DNA of 56,876 nucleotides from a virus (lineage: Duplodnaviria > Caudoviricetes): positions 1 through 56,876 of IMG/VR virus record IMGVR_UViG_3300013137_000001; one strand, written 5' to 3'. The notes below the pieces were generated by a model. It did not search any database. It saw only the letters and a program-made list of their open reading frames with translations, and was not told where the DNA came from. A program made the translations under genes and the position numbers. Positions within the stretch are counted from its first letter, which is position 1, and every line of letters begins with the position of its first letter. Below, in pieces: positions 39,889 through 48,600 of this stretch.

Positions 39889-40097
39889 AAACAATTAAAG
39901 ATTATATAATTAAAGACACTCGCAAAGCCATGTATTCTTGTGGCTTAACATCATTACTCTGTTTTCTTTATGCATTCATATCTACAAAACCTTTCGCAAA
40001 CATCGCATTCTTTGTATTTGCCGTAATCTTCGGTATACTCGCTATTTCATTATGTATAATACTCGAAAACAATGATGATGATGATGATAATGATTAA
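39885..40097 (+). CDS. Two-TM membrane protein with poly-Asp tail
   Basis: Two hydrophobic stretches; ends NNDDDDDND. Confidence 0.6.
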   Translation: MKTIKDYIIKDTRKAMYSCGLTSLLCFLYAFISTKPFANIAFFVFAVIFGILAISLCIILENNDDDDDND

Positions 40098-40101
40098 ATA
40101 A

Positions 40102-40195
40102 ATATCCTGAGCATGATATAAAACTGCTCATATATGGCAATGACGGTCGTTATTGAATAAGCAATGATTAAAGTTCGATTCTTTAGTTTGTCACA
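40102..40195 (+). ncRNA. Candidate structured RNA: H-type pseudoknot followed by D-armless tRNA-like fold
   Basis: ATATC/GATAT crossing TGAGCA/TGCTCA; then TGGCAA/TTGTCA stem, a 7-bp arm and TAAAG-TTCGATT-CTTTA T-arm. Confidence 0.45.
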
Positions 40196-40235
40196 AAAAG
40201 TAATTTATGTTTTATTTATATAAAAAGGTGATGAA

Positions 40236-40442
40236 ATGGTACAATACAGATATGAAGTTGGATGGGAATACAATTCAGTTGGCTGTTCTGTTGACAATTT
40301 CAAAAAAAAGCTTGATGCTTTTAATTTTGCAGAGAAATTCAAAAGCAAGAATAACGATTTAGATGTTTACGTTTTTGATAGAATGGCTCACAAGAACAAC
40401 CAAAACACATGGTATATTCATATTCCTAATCTTAAAAGCTAA
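40236..40442 (+). CDS. Hypothetical protein
   Basis: 68 aa, AAGGTGA SD. Confidence 0.55.
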   Translation: MVQYRYEVGWEYNSVGCSVDNFKKKLDAFNFAEKFKSKNNDLDVYVFDRMAHKNNQNTWYIHIPNLKS

Positions 40443-40524
40443 AACTGTTCACGGGCAGGTTCGATTCCATTTATCGCTACTGTATCTACAAAATTTTTTA
40501 TTCACTAATCTTCTGGAGTTTACA

Positions 40525-40878
40525 ATGATTGATAAAATATCAACTGATGATGATATCATCAAGGAATTTGCTCATATGTTTGATGAGCAATTATTGGAAG
40601 AATTATCGTTCAAAATGAAATTAACTGACGATATTCTTTCAGCATTCTCGACCAGTTTCGTAAATCTTAATAAAAATGATATTAAGATATTATATAATCT
40701 TATGTTTAAGATTGATTCTGTTGTTCTCCAAGATATAAATATACTCTTGTGGGAAAATGTCAATTTCAACGCTAATTCATTTATCAATGGAATTAACGAC
40801 AAGTCAGCAGGTATTCTACAACCCGATGACAGAGCCAATGGTGATTACAAATGTGTCAATGATGATGTACCATTTTAA
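40525..40878 (+). CDS. Acidic protein ending in an SSB-like tail
   Basis: Start MIDKIST after GGAG; ends NDDVPF. Confidence 0.6.
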   Translation: MIDKISTDDDIIKEFAHMFDEQLLEELSFKMKLTDDILSAFSTSFVNLNKNDIKILYNLMFKIDSVVLQDINILLWENVNFNANSFINGINDKSAGILQPDDRANGDYKCVNDDVPF

Positions 40879-40892
40879 TTAAGGAGTTTACT

Positions 40893-41066
40893 ATGCTTTC
40901 CACAATAATATCAGCACAGTTTGCTATAATGAATTTTCTTAATTATTTAGCAGACACAACCGATGATGGTCCTTTATTCTTCGCATTAATGTTTACAAGT
41001 GTAACTATACTTTGCATATGTTCCAAAGTAAATTATTTGCTGAAAAAGTATCAACGTCTTACCTAA
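40893..41066 (+). CDS. Small membrane protein (57 aa, below track cutoff)
   Basis: AAGGAG SD; hydrophobic LFFALMFTSVTILCI. Confidence 0.45.
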   Translation: MLSTIISAQFAIMNFLNYLADTTDDGPLFFALMFTSVTILCICSKVNYLLKKYQRLT

Positions 41067-41222
41067 AGATATTTGTATCTATTTACAGGGGTATTTTTAT
41101 TATATATATTGTTTTCTCCTTTCATAATATTTATACCCCTGGTATTTTCTTCTGTAAATACAAAACTACATAAGTAGTTTATAACAAATAACAATGTTCC
41201 ACTCATCCATAGGAGGTTTATC

Positions 41223-41567
41223 ATGGATTCAAATGAATCAATCACAGAGCTTGAGGTTAAAGATTACCTCAGCACAGTATCGATGCTTTTCGCTAATTCG
41301 AAACGTGGTCCGTTAGAAAAATACTTGACTGTTCCGACATATCGGAGCAAAAGTGTTGATGATAACGGTAGAATAACAAGAACACACGTTGCTTACCAAT
41401 GGAGCGAAAATGCTCGTAAGTCTTTCAATTGCTTTGCTGAATATTTGGCAAAAAGTCCTGTTGAGTTAGGAGGTATTCTCTATACAGCAAGATATATCGA
41501 AAACAGACCTACTGATTTCGTTATGTTTGCTATACCGGCTAAACTCGCAAGATTCTCTGGTTTATAA
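41223..41567 (+). CDS. Hypothetical protein
   Basis: 114 aa, AGGAGG SD, followed by terminator. Confidence 0.65.
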   Translation: MDSNESITELEVKDYLSTVSMLFANSKRGPLEKYLTVPTYRSKSVDDNGRITRTHVAYQWSENARKSFNCFAEYLAKSPVELGGILYTARYIENRPTDFVMFAIPAKLARFSGL

Positions 41568-41574
41568 GACAATT

Positions 41575-41618
41575 AACGATACAGATTATATCAGTATTTT
41601 CTGTATCGTTTGTTTTTT
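41575..41618 (+). terminator. Intrinsic terminator closing the plus-strand island
   Basis: AACGATACAGA / TCTGTATCGTT stem then TGTTTTTT. Confidence 0.75.
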
Positions 41619-41638
41619 ATAATGTTAATCATCGAATA

Positions 41639-41713
41639 AATCAGAATTTCTGTATAAATAATCGGAAATTATGTATAAATAATCAGAAATTATATATAAA
41701 AAATCGGAAATTT
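41639..41713. repeat. About 3.5 imperfect 21-bp tandem repeats
   Basis: AATC(A/G)GAAATTAT(G/A)TATAAAT-like units at 41639, 41660, 41681, 41702. Confidence 0.85.
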
Positions 41714-41738
41714 CATTCATAAAAGCAATATTATGCTT

Positions 41739-41746
41739 ATATTTGT
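41739..41746 (+). promoter_or_regulatory. Bacteroidota-type -7 element
   Basis: TATATTTG = TAnnTTTG; no clear -33 box. Confidence 0.5.
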
Positions 41747-41748
41747 AA

Positions 41749-41764
41749 TGTTTCACGTGAAACT
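41749..41764. promoter_or_regulatory. parS: parS-like palindrome
   Basis: TGTTTCACGTGAAACT, 15/16 match to consensus TGTTTCACGTGAAACA; intergenic if the gene starts at 41796. Confidence 0.75.
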
Positions 41765-41795
41765 TAGTATAAAACTAATAAGGGAATTAAAAAAC

Positions 41796-41996
41796 ATGAC
41801 GCAAAATCAAGCAATGCAATATGCTTTAGATTACAATAATGCTTACGGTCTTGATAACGAAACCGGAGCAAAGGTCATAGCCTTCATGAAAAAAGGTAGC
41901 AAATATTCAAATGCAATAGGTACATTCAGAGTATTATATCCTTCATTTGCCAAAGAGGTAAAACATGATAAAGTGTACCAGGCAAACAAAATATAA
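41796..41996 (+). CDS. Hypothetical protein
   Basis: Likely start MTQNQAM. Confidence 0.5.
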   Translation: MTQNQAMQYALDYNNAYGLDNETGAKVIAFMKKGSKYSNAIGTFRVLYPSFAKEVKHDKVYQANKI

Positions 41997-42723
41997 AAAA
42001 ATCGAAGATATTATCTACGAAAACGAAGAAGAATTCGCTAATTCGTGTATTCCGTTAGTAAAACTCGATAACTGCAAACCGGGTGATTACGTTAAATCGG
42101 ATAATGGCTATTATCTTCCCGTAATACACGTCAGAAAACACAACAGAAAAACATATGGTTACGAATCCATTATGGTATCAATAGAATTCCCTGCTAAATA
42201 TATATACAGCAATCTCTATTACAAAAACAGCGGTAAATTTAGACAAAAAGTATTCAAATGGTCAAGAGACGAAAGAGTAAACGAAAAAAGAACTTTTGCA
42301 AATGCAAGAATGAAACTTATGGCATTCTACTTAAGCCAAGGTATGGATATTTATCTTGCATTCGAATTAACATATAGTAAATATAAATCAAAAAGTAAAC
42401 TAGAACAAATGCTTGGTTTTATTCTCGACAACGAAGATTTTAAGAAACATATTAAGGAGACAGGTATTATGGCATCAATACAAGAAGAAATGAAGAAACA
42501 ATTGCTTAACAATGAACTTATTGTTACAGAACTTATCCGAATAATCAAAGATCCGGGAGCTAATCCGGCACTTAAAAAATTCGCATTGGAAAAATCAATC
42601 GATCTTAATGCAAGAACAGCCGTTAATATCACCGATTCAACGAGTAATCCCATAAAACGCAATATTAACGATCTCATTGGTGAAAAAATCGTAGGTAATC
42701 TTAATAAGACAGGTACGGATTAA
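41965..42723 (+). CDS. Putative terminase small subunit
   Basis: HTH-like FYLSQGMDIYLAFELTY followed by oligomerisation-type helices (ELIVTELIRII...KKFALEK); abuts TerL. Confidence 0.5.
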   Translation: MIKCTRQTKYKKIEDIIYENEEEFANSCIPLVKLDNCKPGDYVKSDNGYYLPVIHVRKHNRKTYGYESIMVSIEFPAKYIYSNLYYKNSGKFRQKVFKWSRDERVNEKRTFANARMKLMAFYLSQGMDIYLAFELTYSKYKSKSKLEQMLGFILDNEDFKKHIKETGIMASIQEEMKKQLLNNELIVTELIRIIKDPGANPALKKFALEKSIDLNARTAVNITDSTSNPIKRNINDLIGEKIVGNLNKTGTD

Positions 42724-44648
42724 ATATAATATATCCAATCATCTCCATATTCTTCGAACAAAGCATCTTCTCTGTTTTTATTATATTTTCTTAACAGATT
42801 ACCGGTTAATTCTCTTTGAATATCATCATCAATAGGTGGAGGTTCTGCATTTTTCATACATAAAGCATAAGCGTCCGGATAATCATCATGATCAGCATAA
42901 CCTACCGTTAATAACTGATTGTATAATCTCGGTATATCTTTTATATCCGAATTACACAAAATTTTACCATATCTTTGTACAACAGGCAGTAAAATGCTCA
43001 ATATACGCTCTTCCTTCTTCTGTGAGCTTACTTCGTTCCATATTGAAGTATTTAACACCTTTCCGTTATTAAAGACCTTCATGCGTATTGCAACGGCTTC
43101 TTGGTCCAATTCTTCAAAGTTTTTTCTTATCTCGCGGACAATAGCTTCCTGTTGTCCCTGAGTTTCAGCATTTATACTTTGTAACCTATATTTTACAGAT
43201 AATCTCATCAATGCCTCAGTCATTCCGGGTATATTCTGATAATCCGTAACAGCATATTTTCCTCCCTGAATATGTATAATAACAGGAAATATTTTACCCT
43301 TTGGCATATCCTTGGCAAAATAATGTACATCGTATCCTGCCATTGACGGATAACATCTGCAATAGCCTGCAGTAACCATTACGCTATCATCACTTGTATT
43401 GGCTATTGATGAAGCTATATCTAATCCTGTCCACAGCCATAACTCACCTTTCCATTTCATACCTTCATATACAAATTCTATCATTTGCTTATTGCGTTCA
43501 TTATATATCTCCATATTCAATGACACAAAGCTGTCCGGACTAATCATTCGTGTTTCAGGTGCAATCGGTTCATTCATGAACTCTTGATAAAAACTGTCAA
43601 GTCTGCGTTTTTTAAAGAATTCATAATATTTATTAAGTATAAAATAACTGCCTTTATGGTCAGCCCATGACAATGTTTTAAGTTTTCTATCCCATTCTTT
43701 GCACGTTTCTACAGAAGGTGAATCGAAATCACCGTCTTTCATGCATCTTTTAATTATTTCCTGTAACTCGTCCATAGATATAATTGGTCTTTGTATTCCA
43801 TACCAATTTTTGCTTTTTACTATGTCTTTCCATACGGTATCAGGATGTACCAATGTGCCCAAGTAAAGTATTTTACCCTGTCTGCTGTCGGCACTGTTAA
43901 TCAATTCCGCATCAAACCAATATTCCAACTTTTTTCTGTTTTCTTCTGTTTTAGTGTTTTCCTGAGAATACATGTCATCACATATTATCAATGAGGGTCT
44001 GCGTCCATTAATATTTAATCCTCTCGTATGCTGTCCGGATCCTATTGCCCATATGATTGTGTTGTCAGCAGTAATAAAACTATTTACACGCCACATATGA
44101 TGCGTTCGCCTACGATCTTCATAATCTTCTATTACTCTCGGGTCTTTATCACCAAATATACGTGCTAAATCATTACGTGATTCTATTGTTGTCTTAATCG
44201 ATGATATAAAACCTTCTGCTCTTCTTAGAGTTTCAGATGCAATAAGTATAAAATTTTCGTCAATAGGTATTTTTACAATATCATCATTCAACATTAATTC
44301 TTTATGATACTGCTTTTTATTATCATCCCAACCTAATAAATCAGTATTTACATATATATCATGTCCTTTTAGATAAATAAGATACGTAGGAAACAAAAAA
44401 CTTCCTACAGTACTTTTGGCAGCTTCTCTGTGTACCATGAAATACGTTTGCTTCTGCATTACATATTCTTTGGAAGGATCTAATAAGCGAAATAAAAGTT
44501 CAGCCATTATATAATGGACTTCACTAAAATCATGAGAAAATATATTGGGAAAAAACATCTTTGCAAAACGATAAATGCCGAGTTCAGACATCTTGTTTTT
44601 GCCAAAACAATTATTTGCACAGGTTGCAATTATATCTTCTACGTCCAC
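42720..44648 (-). CDS. terL: Terminase large subunit
   Basis: HREAAKST, RG...RPSLIICDD, YLGT, FYQEFMNEP, GLDIA, HDDYPDA. Confidence 0.93.
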   Translation of the reverse strand: MDVEDIIATCANNCFGKNKMSELGIYRFAKMFFPNIFSHDFSEVHYIMAELLFRLLDPSKEYVMQKQTYFMVHREAAKSTVGSFLFPTYLIYLKGHDIYVNTDLLGWDDNKKQYHKELMLNDDIVKIPIDENFILIASETLRRAEGFISSIKTTIESRNDLARIFGDKDPRVIEDYEDRRRTHHMWRVNSFITADNTIIWAIGSGQHTRGLNINGRRPSLIICDDMYSQENTKTEENRKKLEYWFDAELINSADSRQGKILYLGTLVHPDTVWKDIVKSKNWYGIQRPIISMDELQEIIKRCMKDGDFDSPSVETCKEWDRKLKTLSWADHKGSYFILNKYYEFFKKRRLDSFYQEFMNEPIAPETRMISPDSFVSLNMEIYNERNKQMIEFVYEGMKWKGELWLWTGLDIASSIANTSDDSVMVTAGYCRCYPSMAGYDVHYFAKDMPKGKIFPVIIHIQGGKYAVTDYQNIPGMTEALMRLSVKYRLQSINAETQGQQEAIVREIRKNFEELDQEAVAIRMKVFNNGKVLNTSIWNEVSSQKKEERILSILLPVVQRYGKILCNSDIKDIPRLYNQLLTVGYADHDDYPDAYALCMKNAEPPPIDDDIQRELTGNLLRKYNKNREDALFEEYGDDWIYYI

Positions 44649-44649
44649 G

Positions 44650-44841
44650 TTAATTTAAGGTAATCAAAAAATTACAAGGTCTATCGAATGCGGGATGACT
44701 TTGATTCTTCGATGCAATATATATTCCATAGAATATTTCTTCGATAGTATAATAACACACAAGATTCAACAGTTCATAAGTATCAGAATACTTATACTTC
44801 TGTATATTTGCTTTTAACATATTGATTTCTTTTTGTGTCAT
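44650..44841 (-). CDS. Hypothetical protein
   Basis: 63 aa directly upstream of terL. Confidence 0.5.
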   Translation of the reverse strand: MTQKEINMLKANIQKYKYSDTYELLNLVCYYTIEEIFYGIYIASKNQSHPAFDRPCNFLITLN

Positions 44842-44865
44842 TTGGTATAATCATTATAAAATCAA

Positions 44866-44942
44866 GGGAGATTCCGTATGAAATTTAATTTTTATATATT
44901 AAGAAAGGCTATGAACTCAGAATGAAAAACACGGAATCTCCC
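44866..44942 (-). other. 12-bp stem with 53-nt loop (terminator/attenuator-like)
   Basis: GGGAGATTCCGT / ACGGAATCTCCC, followed by TTGATTTT on the minus strand. Confidence 0.55.
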
Positions 44943-44950
44943 AAAATAAT

Positions 44951-45271
44951 TTACTTGCCAATTTTTTTCTTTATATCTGAAGCATTAACACCGAAAAATA
45001 ATGTACCTCCCATTATTAATCCCTTGCCTGCCCATGATATATACCAAGGTTCAGGTATACCTTCCAGTACGATACCTATAACAACAATAATTGCACCTAT
45101 TGTCGTTTTCCAATTTTTACTTATAAATTCACTCATTCTTTTCTCCCGATTATTTAATAATTTTTCCGGTACCTTGATTAATTCAGGTAACGGCTTATTT
45201 TCAATAGTTATCCTGTAATTAGTATATTCCGCATTAGCAGGAGTTATTATATCACTCGGTTTCTTTTTCAT
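44951..45271 (-). CDS. Holin-like two-TM protein
   Basis: NWKTTIGAIIVVIGIVL...GLIMGGTLFFG, basic tail; alternative internal start MSEF. Confidence 0.6.
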   Translation of the reverse strand: MKKKPSDIITPANAEYTNYRITIENKPLPELIKVPEKLLNNREKRMSEFISKNWKTTIGAIIVVIGIVLEGIPEPWYISWAGKGLIMGGTLFFGVNASDIKKKIGK

Positions 45272-45620
45272 TTGATAAATATTTCTGTATAGTTGTTATC
45301 GCTGCTTTTACTCCTTGCGGAATTTCTTTAGATTTAAGTTCATCAAGTATCTCAGGAATACCCTTGTTTTTAGTATTATCATAAGTAACAGCATTATTTG
45401 CATACATTTTACCCTCCTTTAAATCAAAAAATCCGGCAAAAGTTATAGCATGCATCTCGATAGCATCCACTTTGTTGTCATCGTTTATAAACAAAAACTT
45501 ACTGGATCTCTCCTCATGACCTACAACGATGTATTCGCGACCCATTGCTCTGCCGGATTTATTGACATAAGCCTTGTCACTTATTGTGAACTTAAACATT
45601 ATTGGACTTGATAATAACAT
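45252..45620 (-). CDS. Hypothetical protein
   Basis: 122 aa, GGAG SD. Confidence 0.6.
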   Translation of the reverse strand: MLLSSPIMFKFTISDKAYVNKSGRAMGREYIVVGHEERSSKFLFINDDNKVDAIEMHAITFAGFFDLKEGKMYANNAVTYDNTKNKGIPEILDELKSKEIPQGVKAAITTIQKYLSNEKETE

Positions 45621-45650
45621 ATATTCTCCTATTGTTAATACTTTTTATAT

Positions 45651-45681
45651 GCAATATAACATTAATTTTCTTCTTTTGCAA
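45651..45681 (-). promoter_or_regulatory. Possible Bacteroidota-type promoter for the holin-terL operon
   Basis: TTGC-N19-TATATTGC, a variant of the consensus. Confidence 0.4.
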
Positions 45682-48600
45682 CTTCTTTTGAATATAATTC
45701 CCAATACGTCTTTGCCGTAGAACCAAAAGCACCTGTTATCGGTAATAATAAATTATTCGTATGGATTACAATTTGTTCTCTTAGCTTCTCTTCATCATAA
45801 AGAGTTTCACTTCTACCCATAAACATATTATCATAATAATACTTAGTCGCCAATAAAGGCATAGTACCAAAAGGTTCTAATAACGACCTTGTCATATAAC
45901 CACCACCTTTGTCACCTACGAGATTACCTGTAAATCTCGAAATATGCTTAAGAGATGATTGATGCTGTACCCCCGTTTGCAATTTAGGTACATTGAATCT
46001 ATTGGTTGCATTACTCATGAGCAATTCCAATATAGTCTGGACTAATTCTATTCCCTTTAATCTCATAGAATCCGATAAATTAATTACCTCCGTTAATCCA
46101 TATTCATCCAGAGTTCCCCCAATTTGCCCTATCCACGATAATACGGATTGCAAATAACCCATTGTTATATATCCTAACAAGGAACTTCCACCATACACAA
46201 AAGTATTTTTCAGGACAGGAGTTACCATTGCTCCGAATAAGCTGTCATTATGCAGGTACCATTCTCCTATCGGAATACCCAATGCCTTCATGTATTTCAT
46301 GTATAGTTCATCGCCTCTCAACTCGTCAACTAATGCATTATGCATTTTATTCCGTTTATATGCATATTCTATCTGATTCAATCCGTTTTCTTTGGAAAAA
46401 TTACCGAACATCGTTAGTAATCTTCCGGTAGATGTAGATTGTGAAGGTGTCCTTGAGTAATTTCCTATTGATTTCCATACCATTGATTTTTCTATTTCCG
46501 CTCTTAACCATGGCGATAAATCCTGATTAACAGTATTGTCAATACCTAATGCATAAAATGCAGCATCAACGGCTTCTTTGCGTGCCTTCATTACATCTTC
46601 TATCCTGTAAGCTGATAACATATATGACTTATCCGAACTTTTTACTTCCATATCTTGAGCAAATCCTGCTCCTGACATAAAGTAAGACAGTAAATCGGAA
46701 TATCCTAAAAGTAGTTTCTTGTGTTCTCTTAAGGATAATCCATTATGAGTCACCAAATATCCGGATGATTCCGTCTCTTGTCCATATTTACTTTCGTTTT
46801 TAACAGGTATTATTCTTATTTTCTTTTTGCCTTCAGGTAAATCATCAGGTCTCTTCAAAAGTTCATTAACCGTAATTTTCATCTCCACGGCTTTGTCAAT
46901 AATAGGCTTATAGTACTTATCCATTTGTCTCTGGTTATCCCTTAAAGCTATTAGTTCTTTATAACCTTTCTTTATCCTGTGTATTCTTTTGAACTTTGCC
47001 ATATTGTTAAACTTACTGTCTTCATAAATACCCTCTCCCTTAAACTCGGTAGATATATCCTCTGTTAATCCCCTAGCTTGTGTACCCTCGGTCATTGCCA
47101 TTGTAGTTATCGAACCAATACCTTCTTTTTTGCCTTTATGTCTCGAATAAAGCCTATTGATATCTATAATGTTTTGTGCAAAGTTACCTCCTGTCCTTAC
47201 AAGAAATCTTCCGAACCAACCCCATCCCATTAAATCTTTTGCTAAAGTGGTAGGCATTACTCCTCCATAACCAATATTCCCAAGATGATTTTGTAACCAT
47301 ATTCTTAGATATCTATTAGCCAATTTTACTCCCGCTGCTCCCATAATTCCTGTTGCTGCTCCCCATCCAATGACAGGAGTACTTAAAGCCGCAGCTGCAG
47401 CAACGGCATAATATTGCCCTCCAAGATATACTGCAAGTGGCACTGCTTTACGGTTAAATGCAAGAAATTTGTCTATAGACTTAATAAACATGCTTCCTGC
47501 CGTCTTAGCATTTATTTTGCCTATGCTTGTTCTGTATTCCCTGCTATTGGCATATTCACTCATTACCGGATTTTTCTTGATGTTGCTTTTATATACCTCC
47601 AAATCAATATCAGTATTATGTATTCTTATATTATCAAAATTGGCATCTTCACCAAGTTTAAAATTCATTTCCATCTGTTTTATCACATCATCGGCAACTT
47701 TAGCATAAGATTTCTTTATTTGTTCGTTAAGTTTTCCCTGAATACTACGATAAGGTGCGCCTGATATAATATTGACAATATTATCCCTGTCAATCATATA
47801 TACGGTTTTTCCGTTTTCATTGTCATCATGTAACACAAGCGTATCTCTATATATAGAATCACGGAATTCTCTTTCTTGTCTCAGTTTCATCGTACCTACA
47901 AATCTACCCTGTATAATCTTGGGTTCATGGTTTCTATCATGTACCATAACCGCATAATTATCACCCGGACTACCAAGCTTTTCAAATATGGCATCTTTAT
48001 CTATTTTATCAGTATATAATGAATTTTCTTTCATCACTTTACTAAGTTTACCCATAGCAACAAATTTTGCATGTGCATTTGTATCAGGATCTTCGTTGTA
48101 TTTCTGTTGGTATAGATGTTCCATGTTTACCAAAGATTGCTTTATTTTAGAATGCACTTTATCTGCAAAATTGGATACATTATAACTGAAATAATCGGAA
48201 TTATAAGCCAAATCGGGTCTGAAATACAAAAGTAGATCCTCAATATTCAAAGATTCCTTTGATAATCTTTCATCAATCCCATTAATTGTATCCATAGAAC
48301 TTACTGCCATAATATGCTCTACCTTACTATCTTGATTAGCTTTATCGGTAAGATTATGTATTATACTTCTTATGTAACTTTTTGCCTTGGAATTATAATC
48401 TTTCTTTTCTGCTCCATACAAACTTTCGAATGGTTTCTCGAATCCAGGTATTCCCATTTCTCTTAGAACATTATAATATGAAGCACCTTCACCTACGCTC
48501 ATCTTAGTAACAGCCAAAGCATCAGAATACATCTCATGTGCCAATTTACCCACAAATTCAGAATTATATTTGTCTTTCAGTTCTTTTGCTCTTTCAAACC

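Noticed and set aside
40135-40470. Canonical tRNA genes
   Set aside because: No D-arm, no 7-nt anticodon loop, no CCA; kept only as tRNA-like elements
38793-41713. CRISPR mini-array, given the Cas4-like nuclease
   Set aside because: Repeats are directly tandem with no unique spacers; the nuclease is a standalone recombination-type gene
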